Assembly (NCBI RefSeq): GCF_000142905.1
Contig: NW_013657671.1
Coordinates: 1-64,000 of the forward strand
DNA length: 64,000 nucleotides
Reading direction: 5' to 3'
From: Thecamonas trahens ATCC 50062
Taxonomy: Eukaryota > Protista > Apusomonadida
In this document: in pieces, positions 23,042 through 35,403 of the stretch
Numbering within the stretch: position 1 is the stretch's first letter
Layout of the letters: each line of letters opens with the position of its first letter
Made by a program: the position numbers and the translations under genes
The notes under the pieces: model-generated
Seen by the model: the letters and a program-made list of their open reading frames with translations, nothing else
Told to the model about the DNA's origin: nothing
Database searches by the model: none

Positions 23042-24259
23042 ATGCTCGGCCATGCCCAGCGTGTGCTTCTGCAGCAGGGCGCGCATGCCATGCGGCGAGC
23101 AACGACGTCAATCAACAAAGCTCACCTTGAGGAGAGCATCATGTCCATGGTAGCCATGGACGGGAGTGCAAGCGGGGGCCTTGTCCGTCGGCCCATCCAG
23201 CGCGTCCTCGAGTCGCTTCACCGTGCCGAGGCCTTTGCCGCTACCGACGCCCCTGCAAGCTACACTGCGAGTTACAAGCTGGCTGGTGGCCGTGGTACGG
23301 GCAAGAGCGTTGGCTTGGACATGGTCAAGGCGTGGGCGAGTGAGAGAGGCTGGAGAGTCCTCGCCTTGCCCTCGGCCGCCACCCTCGCCACAAAGGCCAT
23401 CCACCTTCAGCAGGCAAAGGCTTGGACAACGGCTGAGGGAGAGCCGGCAGAGATGTATGACTCGTCAGACATGGCTGGCCTCATTCTCGGTATGGTGGAG
23501 AACGCTGCCTGGCTCCGCGACCTCCCGCTTGTTGCCCCGCTCGATGCCACACACCTCGGAGAGGACACAGTCCTTCCCGCCGGCGATGCAGACCTCGGCA
23601 AGGCCTTTGATCTTGCTCACAAGTACGAGGCCATGGCCCCGAGTGCTGTCGTCATGCTCCGGGCTGCCCTTGCCGCAGACGCTCACTCGGCCCCCTCAGA
23701 CGCTCCGCCCATCCTCGTCGCCATCGATGACTACAACGCCTTTTTCGACAAGTCCAACTTTGATGACGGCGGCAAGTCGTACGTCCACGCCCAGCAGCTC
23801 TCACACTGCGCCCTCTTCACCCACTGGGGCCAGAACCCGGAAGTCATTCGCCCGCGCCACACTATCGACTTTGCCAATGCTCCGCTCACCCGCGGCGCCG
23901 TCGTCGTCGCAGACTCGGGCTCGGTCGTCCCGTCCAAGGCCCACTTTGACTCGGCCGCCTACACCGCTGCACACATGCGGAACAAAGTCAACTTTGCGCC
24001 GTATTCTACCGCAGAGCTCCGCGCCGTCCTCTCCGCCGCAGCCGCAGCAGGCGCCATCGACCCCAGCATAATGGCCCAGTTCGACGACGTCTACGACTCG
24101 ATCGACCTCGAGGACCGTGGCCTCGTCGCGGCAGACGGCTCCGCCAAGCCGCCCGCTTCCGACGCCGACCTTCCCGACGCCTACGTCGAGTATGTCGCCG
24201 CAGTCACGGGCGGTAACGCCGAAAAGGTCAACAAGGCCGCTGTTGACTTTTTGGGCTGA
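23042..24259 (+). CDS. DAP3: Mitochondrial ribosomal protein mS29 / DAP3-like
   Basis: Presequence-like N-terminus, P-loop GGRGTGKS, PILVAIDDYNAFF, RGAVVVA. Confidence 0.75.
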   Translation: MLGHAQRVLLQQGAHAMRRATTSINKAHLEESIMSMVAMDGSASGGLVRRPIQRVLESLHRAEAFAATDAPASYTASYKLAGGRGTGKSVGLDMVKAWASERGWRVLALPSAATLATKAIHLQQAKAWTTAEGEPAEMYDSSDMAGLILGMVENAAWLRDLPLVAPLDATHLGEDTVLPAGDADLGKAFDLAHKYEAMAPSAVVMLRAALAADAHSAPSDAPPILVAIDDYNAFFDKSNFDDGGKSYVHAQQLSHCALFTHWGQNPEVIRPRHTIDFANAPLTRGAVVVADSGSVVPSKAHFDSAAYTAAHMRNKVNFAPYSTAELRAVLSAAAAAGAIDPSIMAQFDDVYDSIDLEDRGLVAADGSAKPPASDADLPDAYVEYVAAVTGGNAEKVNKAAVDFLG

Positions 24260-24306
24260 GCCCCTTCCCCTCGCCCCGGAGCATAAAGCCACCACAGCCT
24301 CGCCTT

Positions 24307-25670
24307 CTAGCTGAACGAGCTCGTGCTGCCGCTCACATACGAGCTCGAGACCGCCGTCGTCGATCCGATCGACGAGTAAGACGGCGCGGTCGACTCGACG
24401 TCGCGCCAGCCGACCAGCGGCGGCGGCGGCAGGAGCTCGTCGGCCCAGCTGTCTGAGCCCTTGAACGCGCCCCGCAGCTCGGCGTACGCAGGGCACTCGG
24501 CATCAAGAAACGCCTCAAGCTTGGCCAGCGCCTGCAGCCGGAGCTTAGCCCGGTGGTGGACCCGCCAAGTGTCGAGCAGGTGCTGGTCAGTCTCGCGGTC
24601 GTCCGCCATGCTGGCCACAATCCGCTGCGATTCGCGTCCAAGATCCGCCACCTCGGCGTGGATGCTCAGCCGCTCGTTGTCGATGAACAGCACCGCATCG
24701 CGGATGGCCATGAGTTCGGTTTGCGCCGCCGGACTCAGCCCCCAACCTCAGCTGCAGTCATCCGCTTGCTCACGTCATTGGAGCTCGAGCTCGAGTCCGA
24801 GCCATACTCCGTGTCGGAAGCTGTCTTGGCGCGGAGCTGCCGCAGCAGCTCGAGCTGGTCGCCGTACCGGGCCGCGATCTTGGCCTGGCACGCCACCTGA
24901 ACCTGCCGGTACGCCTCGACTCGCAGCCAGCCGAGGTACTGGTTGAGCGGGGCGAGGAGAAGGGTGGTGGCGATACGGATGTACCGCGACCACGTGTTGA
25001 GATCGCGAGTGAGGCTCTTGGAGAGCGTGTCTGGGAAGATGAAAAGCACAACAAGGATGAGGAGGAAGAGCTTCTGCACAATGTAGTTGAGCGGAATCTC
25101 AATGCCCTTGGCAAGCGACACATACTGGGTGAGCAGCGGCGTCGAGACCTGGAACCCGTACCGGTCGGTGAGCGCATCGCGCGCCCTGCCACGGCTCTTG
25201 GTATGGGTCCGCGAAAACGCTTGGCAATCGATCGGAACATCCGCCTGCAGGCCGTAAACTGCGCCGGCGGCTCGCCGGCAATACCAGCGCCCCGCAGCAT
25301 CAGCGGCTGCAACGCCAGTGCCTCGATCTGCGCGTCCTTGGCGTGGATCCTATCCAGTGTCGACGTCAACATTGCTGCCAGAGTCCGCACCCCGGACGGA
25401 ATGAGCCCCCACAGAATGAGCCGTAGCACCTCGTCCTCATCACCACGCTCATCAGCTCGAATGGTGAGATACGTCATCGTGGCCGAGGCAATCACCGCGA
25501 CGTGTCGCAAGCCAAAGGCCCATCGGACCCAGACAGTCTCGGCGCTGCGCGAGGGGATGACCGTCCTCGCCGCCCGCGTTGCTTTCGTCCACAGATGGAG
25601 CGACCGGTACATGAAGAACAGCACGCAACCACGAAGGTCCTTGCTTAGAGAGCCGAGAAAGCCTCCCATG
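24307..25670 (-). CDS. Orphan multi-pass membrane protein split over three frames
   Basis: Collinear ORFs 24770-25789, 24735-25121 and 24307-24711. Adding one G at run 24739-24743 gives VGGLSPAAQTELMAIR; the first shift is near 25180-25220. Confidence 0.45.
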
Positions 25671-26041
25671 ATGACAACAGGTTTGGCTTTTGTATATGGA
25701 GTCAGCTGAGTGCCTTCTTCCCCTCTCCGCCTCATCCCGCCTTTGCTAACTCCTTTGCTGCTCAAGCCCGTGATCCCTCGCTTTCGCATGACGTGGAGCC
25801 CGTGGAGCCCGCGGAACCACTGCTGGAAGCTGGAAGCGGGGATGGGTATCGATGGCAGCTATGAGGAGCATAATGAATAGGGGGGGGAAGGATGAGGAGG
25901 AATTGAAATCGCGATCGCGCATCCTTGCCGATGTTCCCCTGCTACCCCGCATGCAACTTGCTACCCCGCACCTCAGGCCGCCCGCCATGTTTGCAACACA
26001 GACAGTCTCTCTCTCTATGTGATTGATGCAGTCATTTATTG

Positions 26042-26989
26042 TCATTGGGCTGATGCGGGCTGGCGATGGGTCGGCTCTGGTGCGCCGGACGACGGGGCAG
26101 TGGCGCTCGGCTCGGCGCACGGGCGGCCGTACCATTGGACCGAGGTCGGGGCCACATGCGGCCGATGGCCAGCATAGCCCGAGACTCCCGCTGTCCAAGG
26201 GCGGAGGTCTGCGTCCGGCTCGGCCTGACGGCCGGCCTCGAGCCGGACAATCTGCCCGGCCGACGAGACCGTCTCACCGTAGGTGGTGCGGAACCCATAC
26301 ACCTGGCTCGCATTGGCCACAGGCGCTGCTGCCAGGTACGGCCGAGTCAGTGCATCGCCGATGTTGTCTTCGACCGTCGCCGCCCGGATGGAGGCTGCAG
26401 TAACGCTCCGGACCGCGGTCCCGATCTGGTCGCCGACAACAGTGGCGTCAAGGTCGTCGAGTGTCGCACCACGCGCCGCCGCCAGCCGCTCAGTCGCAGT
26501 GCTGATCCGGAGGCAGGTCGGAACAAAGCCAGTGTACGACTTGACCGACGTGTTGCCCATCGGCGGCAGCGGGCTCACATCCTTGCGCAGCGTCTGCCGC
26601 TGCGGCGCTGGCATGCCGCGCCCACCGCCAACGCCGCTCGAGCACCCAGCGTCGTTAGCATCGTCGGCATGCGAGACGATCTTCTCACCAACAACGTGCT
26701 GGGCATAAGGAATGTGTCCCGAGTACGCTGTGGCGGTCGCCGGAAAGTCCGATCGGTTGACGTCTCTGCCCTCGTTCGCCATGCCACCCTCGTGTGAGTC
26801 TTCGCTCGCCCGTCTGTCCGTTGGCGGTCATCGCCCGCCAACGGCCGCCCCCTCCCCCCCCCCCCCCCCCCCCGCAAACCCGAGTCCAGCGGGCTGCCAC
26901 ACAACGTACGCACGACGAACACCATGGACAGCTGCCGGAGTGCGGAAGATGAACCCATCCCGCCCGGATCCACTCGGTTCATACGGCAT
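26042..26989 (-). CDS. FAM166/CIMIP2-like microtubule inner protein (GYxGxxP repeats); exons 26989-26910 and 26813-26042
   Basis: AYSGHIP, SYTGFVP, SGYAGHRP, TTYGE. GTACGT...CAG intron joins MPYEPSGSGRDGFIF in frame. Confidence 0.65.
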
Positions 26990-27489
26990 CGCTCGTAGGT
27001 ATTGCCAGTCGGGTGTATGTGAGCTGGGGCATCAACTGGCTCTGCCGGGGTCGGAGGTGCACTCGTCGAACGAATATGCGCGAGCGGTTGCTCCGCTGGC
27101 TCGACGGCTCGACGGCTCGACGACTTGAGAGATTTCCTCACATGTACTGTGCTGACCATCTTTACCAGTACAACGCGCCATGGCACGAGGATCCGCGTGT
27201 ACATGAGCGCCCATCGATAGCTCGATGCCTCGCATAGACACGATATCAAGGTAAGAATTGGGCGCCCAGAGGGCGCGTTGTTGTCGTCGTTGTCGTTGCG
27301 CATCGTTATCCAAAGGGTGGGCGGATGGGCTCCCACTCCGTCGGAGCCGGCTGTGTCGACACCATCGGAGCTCTGAGCAAATTAAGGTGTCAGCCGCTTC
27401 GCTTCGCCTGGCCGGCCGCGGGTGTTGGCGACTCAACTCGATACAGTCGCACCGAGAGCTGACTCGGCCGTGCCGGAAAAAAAAGGGCC

Positions 27490-29204
27490 ATGGCTAGCTC
27501 GGCGCTCGTCACCCAGGCACACAACGGAACCGCCAACGAGGTGCTTGCAGCCATCCAGAACCACATCAACCGCCTGCGGGATAGTGTCAAGACTGACTTT
27601 GGCTTGAGTGAGACCTCGGTCGAGATGACTACGCTCTACGGCGTGCTGCAGCTGCTGGAGAGTCTTTCCTTTGACATCGCAGCGGAAAGTGCAACAAACT
27701 GCGGCAGGTTATTGACTGGCGTGGCCGCACCCACGCCAAAGCCCACGCCCACGCTCAAGCCCAAGCTCAAGCCCAAGCCCAAGCCCAAGCCCAAGCCCAA
27801 ACCTACGCTCAAGCCCAAGCCCAAGGTCAAGCCCAAAGTGCTGCACAAGGTCAAGCGCGGCCACAAGTCGGCCGCGGGTGAGTCCCGGCCAACGTCACAC
27901 TCGAACGCCCCACCTCATGCTTCGGCAGAGCCTCCCGCCCCATACACCGCCCCACAGCCTCCAGCCTCGGCCTCGCCACCGACTGTGGCCTCAACAGAGA
28001 CCCTGCCCGCGGTCGGCAGTGTCAAGGCTCGTGTAGCTATGTTTGGCGGCCTGGCGAAGCGTTCATCCGCAACCGCGACCACGACCGTGCGCTCGAGCCG
28101 GCCCGCACTCATGGCGTCGACAGAGCCAAGGCCTGCATCGTCGCGGAAGGCTTCACCTCCAACCGCTTCGACGCCTCTACACAGCCCGACAACGCCACCG
28201 CCGCCGACGAGCGGAAGCGTGCTCGCCAAGGCGGCAATGTTCAGCTCCAGCGCTCTTTCGCCGGCGCCGGGTGCCAGCCCATCGCCGACGTCGGCCGGCA
28301 ACGTGCGGGCCAAGGCGGCGATGTTTAACTCAGGCTATGAGGCGCCAACAGTCGCATCGTCTACCGTTCACACCAGCCCATCGCTGGCAAGAAGCGATGT
28401 CCGAGCTACGGCGGCCAAGTTCGGCGCGCCAGGCCCGTCGCGGTGGAAGTCCCCAGAACGCGCGAAGCGTACCGAGGCTGCTCGCGCCAAACGGTCAGAT
28501 GCGCCATCTTTGCCTTCAAGCCCTGCTTCAGACACAATGTTCCCGCTCCTTACAGAGGCATGCAGCGTGTGCGGTGAGGAGGGCATGCGCGGGCCACGTC
28601 TCCAATGCGGCCATCTGAAGACCTGCAGCGAGTGCCTCGGCAACTGGTGCGTGGCGATTCTTGAGGGCCACGCGCTGCCGCTGTGCGTCGACATGACATG
28701 CCGGGCTGAAATCATGTACAAGCATGTCCGCAACCTGCTGCCGGCGTCAAACCGTGAGCAGCTCCTTGAGCAGTACAACATGATCAAGAGTAAGCAGATC
28801 GGCAACGACGGGATCCGGTGCGCGCAGCCGGCGTGCCAGCTGGAGTGGCCACGCAACGCTGTCATCGACGGCATCCTGAACTGCCGGGTGTGCAAGGGGC
28901 GAACGTGCGCGGTCCACGAGGAGCAGGCCGTGTCTGCGCGCGTCGGCCACTGCTGCTTCACCGGCCAGGCTGAGGCCGTCGAACGCGCCCGCGCCGCTGC
29001 CGCCCAGGACGAAGAGGCGTCCTCGGTCGCCATCAAGCGGATCACCAAGCGTTGTCCGCAATGCAACATTCCCACCGAGAAGAACGGTGGATGCCGGCAC
29101 ATGACCTGCCGATGCGGCCACGAGTACTTTGGTGTTGCCTCCGCCCCTACCGGGTCGAGAGCGAGGCCCGTCTGCACCGCCAGCTCTGTCCCGATCCTAT
29201 CTGA
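27490..29204 (+). CDS. RBR (RING1-IBR-RING2) E3 ubiquitin ligase; frameshift at 29128-29130
   Basis: CSVC...CGH..CSEC...C, IBR CAQPAC...CRVC...CAVH, RING2 KRCPQC..PTEKNGGCRHMTCRCGHEYF. One added T gives WCCLRPY...PDPI*. Confidence 0.9.
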
Positions 29205-29424
29205 TTCCAACCCTGACCCATCCGTACCCTGCACGCAATCACGCAGCTATTTCACCAACATCAAACTTCACACCTCCAATCCACATTCCTGCCGATCTGG
29301 AGCTGCCCGGCCTCTCCCGTGACCGGCCGTAGTCGACCGCCAACTGGCGTACTCAACCGGCGACTGCGGCCGACTACACGACACACGTGACTCACGCCGG
29401 CCGACTCAACCACTTGCCGAGGCC

Positions 29425-30933
29425 ATGACGACTCAACACGACGCCATCGCAGCGTTGCTATGCACGCTTGCTCTGGTGCTTGTGGCGCTCATGCCTGTGG
29501 CTGGCTCGACCCGTTCGGCTACGTTCCCGACAGCCTCTGCCGGGCGGCGGTACCGAGCAGCGGCGGTGGAACGGGCGCCGATTGTGGGGCACGATGGAAT
29601 GGATGTGGCGGCGGCGGAGAAGCTAATGCTGGCCAATTTAGATGAGATCAACGTCGCGGTGGGCATGGCTGCTGGGCGCGGTGCTGATCTGGTTGTGCTT
29701 CCGGAAGACAATCTGTATGGCGCCGGATACTCGGCTGCGGGCATCGCGCCGTTTCTGGCCATCCTGCCTGCTGCGCGCCAGCTGGCGGACCATGTTATTG
29801 TCCCATGCACCAACGCGACAATGTGGGCAGACGCAGTGGCGGCGGCTCGCGCATCGTGCATTGCGCGCGATCACGGCGTGGTGCTGGTGCTGGACATGGC
29901 CGAGCAGGTGGCGTGTCTCCCGAACGAGCGCTGCCCGCCGATCGGGTATTGGGCGTACAACACCCAGATCGCTCTGGATGCCGATGGCCGGCTGCTGGCC
30001 AAGTACCACAAGCTGCACCTGTACTACGAGGCACAGTTTGATGTGCCCACAACTTGGGCGCCGGTCTGGTTCACGCCGGCGAAGCTGGACGTCACCTTTG
30101 GCATGATGGTCTGCTTTGACCTGCTCTTTGCACGGCCAGCCAACGGCGACATTGCCGCCGGCATCACCGACTTTGTCTTCTCCTCGTTTTGGGTCAACGA
30201 GCCGCCGCTGCTCACCCTCCCGGCCGTACTGCGCGGGTGGAGCTCTGCGCACAATGCATCGATTGTTGCCGCCGGTACCGGCTCGTCGTGGTACAACTCG
30301 GGCTCGGGTCTCTTCTCACGCGGCAAGACACTTGCATCTTGGTACAATCCGGGATGGCAGGGCGAGACACAAGTTCTTGTCCACGATGTAGTGACTTTTG
30401 GCGCGGTGCTGCCGCCGTTGGTCGCGCCGCCGCCATCCCCATTCCGCTTTCCGGCATGCGGCAAGCGCTCAAGCCCAATGGTGACGACGTTTAATGTGAC
30501 CGCCTCGTCTTCTGGGACCGCCACCGCGCACGCCGGAGGTGTGACTTGCACCGCCAGATACCGCGTCTCGGAAACATCGACTGCTTCCGAGATCTACGCT
30601 GTCGTTGCGCTCGACGGCTGCTTCTCGCCGGTGCTGGAAGCCCGAGTCTGTGGGCTGGTCCGCTGCCTCTCTGCAGAAGCCTGCCTCAACACCGGGCTGC
30701 TTGCGGCAAACACAAGCTTTGCGAGCCTTACAATGACAGCACATCTGGCTGCGGGACTCAACGATGGAGATCTTGTTTTTGGCCTTGCATCTGCCTCCAA
30801 CGGCGTGCCGCTCGACTCGCAGCTGTACAGCGAGCATCGCAGCGCGACCATGGCAACGATGGCGTCGACGGGCACCTTGGACAACGTTGTCTCGTTCTCC
30901 ATGTTTATCCGCAACGAGTGGATGCCCAACTGA
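29425..30933 (+). CDS. Secreted vanin/biotinidase-family carbon-nitrogen hydrolase
   Basis: Signal peptide; triad motifs VVLPED, YHKLHLY, VCFDLLF; YNTQ; vanin C-terminal-like region. Confidence 0.92.
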   Translation: MTTQHDAIAALLCTLALVLVALMPVAGSTRSATFPTASAGRRYRAAAVERAPIVGHDGMDVAAAEKLMLANLDEINVAVGMAAGRGADLVVLPEDNLYGAGYSAAGIAPFLAILPAARQLADHVIVPCTNATMWADAVAAARASCIARDHGVVLVLDMAEQVACLPNERCPPIGYWAYNTQIALDADGRLLAKYHKLHLYYEAQFDVPTTWAPVWFTPAKLDVTFGMMVCFDLLFARPANGDIAAGITDFVFSSFWVNEPPLLTLPAVLRGWSSAHNASIVAAGTGSSWYNSGSGLFSRGKTLASWYNPGWQGETQVLVHDVVTFGAVLPPLVAPPPSPFRFPACGKRSSPMVTTFNVTASSSGTATAHAGGVTCTARYRVSETSTASEIYAVVALDGCFSPVLEARVCGLVRCLSAEACLNTGLLAANTSFASLTMTAHLAAGLNDGDLVFGLASASNGVPLDSQLYSEHRSATMATMASTGTLDNVVSFSMFIRNEWMPN

Positions 30934-31083
30934 CTCCCCCCTCCCCCCCCCTCCCCCCTGGCAAGGTCATGATCTCGCTCATTATCCGCAACGAATTGAT
31001 GCCCCCCCCCTCCCCCCCCCCCCCCCCCGTCCCCCCCCCCCAACCTCAGAACCGGGCATCTCACTCTCCCCTTGCCACTCGCC

Positions 31084-32688
31084 ATGTCATTTGCAGCGCT
31101 TGCCAACCTCGAGTCCGGCTCCGAGTCCGGGAGCAACTCGTCGAGCACCACGCCAAGTTCTTCTTCTTCGCCTTCTCCTGTGGAGGAGGAGGTTGTCATT
31201 CCGCCTCGTCGGCTTGCCTGCTCCTGTGTCCTCGGTCAGCGTGAGCGTCTGCTGTTTGCTCTTGGGATCGAAGCCCTTGGCCTCGGCTCGGCCGGCAAGG
31301 GTCGCAACGTCGTCCGCAAGCTCCGCAAGTCGCTTGTTCACGCCACCGAGAACAACGCTGCCACCGGCGAGTCCGGCTCGTCATGGTGGAACATGTTCTG
31401 TGCCTCGGACGTCGACGACGACCTTGCCGACGCCTCGGACGCACCGCCGCTTGACACAAACGCTGCCGCTGCTGCCGCCGCGAGTGCTGCCGGTGACAAG
31501 GCTGCTGGTAACGAGGCTGCCGCGTCGGCTGCTGGGCCCGAGGCCGAAGACGGAGCCGAGGTTCGCGAGGCAACCGAGTGGATGGAGTCGGTCCGGCATG
31601 CCAAGTTTGCCCACGACTACGAGGCCGCGGCCGATGCCTTTGCCGCCCTCTCGGTCGAGGTCCTCGGCCACGATCTGGGCGAGACCATTTTCATCCGGCC
31701 CAAGATCTGCCTCATGAACGTGCTCAAGGACGTGTTTGAGACTGCCAAGATGAAGCAGCCGTCTGCTCCAGGCGCCTCTGCCGCGGTCGAGTTTTTCAAC
31801 GCCACGGCCGCGCTCTTTGCTGCTGCGCCCGGCGCCGCTGGCGACGCGCCCAAGTGGCCGGTCGCCCTCGCCCATGCCGTCGCCGCCCACCACGCCAAGG
31901 TCATGCCGGACGCCGGTGAGTTTTCGCTTGTGGGCCACCCAGTCGGCAAGGACCACCCGGACGTGGGCTTCCTCTTTGGTGCGACCATCAACCCTGAGTG
32001 CCCGTGCAAGCGCAAGAACGACGAGGTCTACCTCGGCGACGCATACGTCCGCTCCAACAAGCTCCGCGAGATCCGCGCCGCCGCCAACAAGGCCATGAAG
32101 GAGTACGGGCCCAACTGGGACGTTCCGTACGAGTGCCTTGGCCTCATCCACCTCGTCCGCATCCTGCACTCGTCGCTCTCGGCATCGGACGACATCTTTG
32201 CCGCCTTTTTCGCGCCCATCACCGCCGCGGCGTCGCCGGCCACAGAGCTGCCCGGCCACGGCGGGCGCTCCATGCACGTCGACAAGCCCGAGTTTACCGC
32301 TGCGCTCCAGGCTGCCGGCGTGCCGGTCGACAACATCGCCTCGTATTGGGGCGACGGCGCCGACAACCCGGCGTACGGCCTCGACACGACTTCGCGCCGC
32401 ATCGCCGAGGCCGCTGTCGCTTTCCGCGACACTGTCGGCCTTGACGGCGACGCTCTCGGCGGCGCCATCGCTGCTTACTTCCGCGGCGAGACCCGCGACG
32501 AGTTCTCGCCGTCGTCAGCGAAGCTCCTCGCCATCGCCGCCCTCGTCGGAAACTACGACAAGCGTATGATCCGCATGCGCTGGCGCACCTTTAAGAACTT
32601 TGGCACCGAGCCGGGCTCGGACGCTCCGCACGCCGCCGACTTTCGTGCCGTCCGCGCCGCCTTCAAGGACATGTTTGGCGCCGAGTAA
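31084..32688 (+). CDS. Hypothetical protein
   Basis: ~534-aa ORF with strong GC3 codon bias; no motif recognised. Confidence 0.75.
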   Translation: MSFAALANLESGSESGSNSSSTTPSSSSSPSPVEEEVVIPPRRLACSCVLGQRERLLFALGIEALGLGSAGKGRNVVRKLRKSLVHATENNAATGESGSSWWNMFCASDVDDDLADASDAPPLDTNAAAAAAASAAGDKAAGNEAAASAAGPEAEDGAEVREATEWMESVRHAKFAHDYEAAADAFAALSVEVLGHDLGETIFIRPKICLMNVLKDVFETAKMKQPSAPGASAAVEFFNATAALFAAAPGAAGDAPKWPVALAHAVAAHHAKVMPDAGEFSLVGHPVGKDHPDVGFLFGATINPECPCKRKNDEVYLGDAYVRSNKLREIRAAANKAMKEYGPNWDVPYECLGLIHLVRILHSSLSASDDIFAAFFAPITAAASPATELPGHGGRSMHVDKPEFTAALQAAGVPVDNIASYWGDGADNPAYGLDTTSRRIAEAAVAFRDTVGLDGDALGGAIAAYFRGETRDEFSPSSAKLLAIAALVGNYDKRMIRMRWRTFKNFGTEPGSDAPHAADFRAVRAAFKDMFGAE

Positions 32689-32717
32689 ACTGACCTCTCT
32701 CTCTCTCGGCCTTCTTC

Positions 32718-34551
32718 TCAGTGGTTGTACCCGAACTTGTCCCACATGGCGCAGACAGAAGGGAGGCTCTCTGTCGCGAGCGTGTCGTTGAACACGATCC
32801 GCTTTGCCGACGCCACCAGCGACGGCCACTCAAAGCCAACACCTGAGCCGGTGTTGACACTTCCGCTCGTGGCAAACGCCGTCCAGTAGTCGATCATCCG
32901 CTCCGAGAGCGAGAGATCGACTGGCGGGAGGGTGAACCACTGGCCAAAGAGCTCGCCGCGAAAGACGAGCGCGAGCTCCTCGCCGTGGCACACGTAGTCG
33001 ACACACTGCGGAAGGTAGTGGCCGAACGGATTAAACGAGAGCAGGTGGTTGTAGAGGTACACGTACGCAGCCTTAAAGTGCGCCGCATACGCGAGCGACG
33101 GGCACTCGAACCAGTAGTCAGTCAGCACGCGCGAGAAGATAAAGGTCGCCGACTCGCCGGCCTTGGGCGGCGCGTACTGCGGGTGCGACTTGATCTCATG
33201 GGCGTGGAGCGGGCCAAAGATGATGTCGAGCGCGGCCTCGTACTCAATGCCCGAGATGTTGGTGGTGCCGAGAAAGGCGACAGCCTCCTGCGCGTTGGTA
33301 CCCATCAGGATCGGGACCGACGGGTCGTAGTGACCGGCCGCGAGCGCGTCGAGAACTTGCTCGGGAAAGAGCTCGGTGCCGACAGTCGGCTCCCACTGGA
33401 TAAAGCCGTCCAGCGGGTGGGTCGGGTTGGCAAAGATGAACGCCACTGGGTCTTGCGCTGCCTTGCGCGTCGCGGCGTCGAGTGCTGCGACCGGCGCCTG
33501 CTGCATGCAGACAAGGTCGTCGGCGGCGCACCCGAGGTCCTTGGCAAAGGCGCGCCCGTAGACGGCCTGCGCCTTGGCATCGCGGTAGCGGTAGCCGGCA
33601 ACGTTTGACTCCATGATGGCCTTGGAGAACAGGCCGCGGGCGGCCGGCGACGTCAGGTGGATGCCGACCGACATGGCGCCGGCCGACTCACCCTGGATAG
33701 TGATCTTGCTGGCGTCGCCGCCAAAGGCGGCAATGTGGTCGTTGACCCAGGCGAGGGCAAGGAGCTGGTCCTGCAGGCCCATGTTGCCCTTGATCGGCCC
33801 GGTGACGACCCAGCCCGGCGGGCCGAGCCGGTAGTTGATGGTGACCAGGATGTTGTTGTGGATGCCGGCAATGCCGCCGCCGCCGTACAACGAGCCGGCG
33901 CCCTCCTTGAACGTCCCGCCGTGGATGAAGAACGTGACCGGGAGCTTGTCGCCGGCTTCGGCACCATACGGCGTCCACACGTTCAGGAACAGGCAGTCCT
34001 CCGACTGGTTCTTGGGCACGTCTGGGTTGTGGTCCGTCTGGATGCAGCCCCAGCCGTAGGCGGTGGCGTCGAGCGTGGCCGGCTTCCACGGCGCGGCTGC
34101 GATCGGCGGCATGAATCGGTTGCTTCCGCCTGTCGATGCGCCGTACCGGATGCCCTTGAACACCCGGAATGGCATGTCACTGAACGACCCGTTGCACACG
34201 CCCCGGATAGAGCTACAAGCCCATGTATCAGGACACCCCCCCCCGTGTGTTGGTACCCGGCCAGCCCGCGAACACCAGTGCGTCCATCAATCACACCACG
34301 TTGTTGTCGGTCAGTCACATCAGTCACATGTCGCCGACGAAGCCGGTCCTCCCCCCCCCCCTCCCCCTCCCCCTCCCACCCACCCACCCACCACCACCAC
34401 CACCACCACCACCACCCGGTACGTACCCCAGAGCAGTAACCACCACATCATGACATGGCTCACTCCCACTCTTCATACCCTCCACTCCACGCAGCAGAAC
34501 CATTGCCAGCAAGACCACCACCACCTGCACCGTCCACGGCATGACAATCAT
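32718..34551 (-). CDS. Secreted type-B carboxylesterase; intron 34213-34426
   Basis: Signal-peptide exon spliced to SIRGVCNG; SEDCLFLNVW, IHGG, NYRLG, GLQDQ, GESAG, CHGEEL. Confidence 0.95.
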
Positions 34552-34801
34552 GTCAAAAAGGCGAAGGGAAGGGAAGGGAGGGCGGGGGGGGGGGAAGGGG
34601 GAGGGGGATTCGTTCAAAGACGACAGGTATGTGCAATGGTCTCCAACTGGATGGAAAGTAGCAGGTAGCCGACAGCCAGCAGTCGACAGCCGTCCGTCGA
34701 CAACCGCATGCATGGCACTTCTGGCAAACAACACCACTCGTTCCAATTGGCAACAGACAACATTGCACTCGACGTGGGACTGTCTGTCCGCAGGCCGAAA
34801 C

Positions 34802-34833
34802 ATGGCGGTACGCAAGCTGTCCCCCCTCCCCCT

Positions 34834-34894
<61 letters not shown>

Positions 34895-35363
34895 CTACCT
34901 AAATTATGCCNNNNNNNNNNNNNNNNNNNNNNNNNNNNNNNNNNNNNNNNNNNNNNNNNNNNNNNNNNNNNNNNNNNNNNNNNNNNNNNNNNNNNNNNNN
35001 NNNNNNNNNNNNNNNNNNNNNNNNNNNNNNNNNNNNNNNNNNNNNNNNNNNNNNNNNNNNNNNNNNNNNNNNNNNNNNNNNNNNNNNNNNNNNNNNNNNN
35101 NNNNNNNNNNNNNNNNNNNNNNNNNNNNNNNNNNNNNNNNNNNNNNNNNNNNNNNNNNNNNNNNNNNNNNNNNNNNNNNNNNNNNNNNNNNNNNNNNNNN
35201 NNNNNNNNNNNNNNNNNNNNNNNNNNNNNNNNNNNNNNNNNNNNNNNNNNNNNNNNNNNNNNNNNNNNNNNNNNNNNNNNNNNNNNNNNNNNNNNNNNNN
35301 NNNNNNNNNNNNNNNNNNNNNNNNNNNNNNNNNNNNNNNNNNNNNNNNNNNNNTGCCCACCCA

Positions 35364-35403
<40 letters not shown>

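Noticed and set aside
30981-31005. Short duplicate of the vanin gene 3' end (TTATCCGCAACGA...GATGCCC)
   Set aside because: Lies between poly-C runs; a local slippage or assembly artefact with no evident function.
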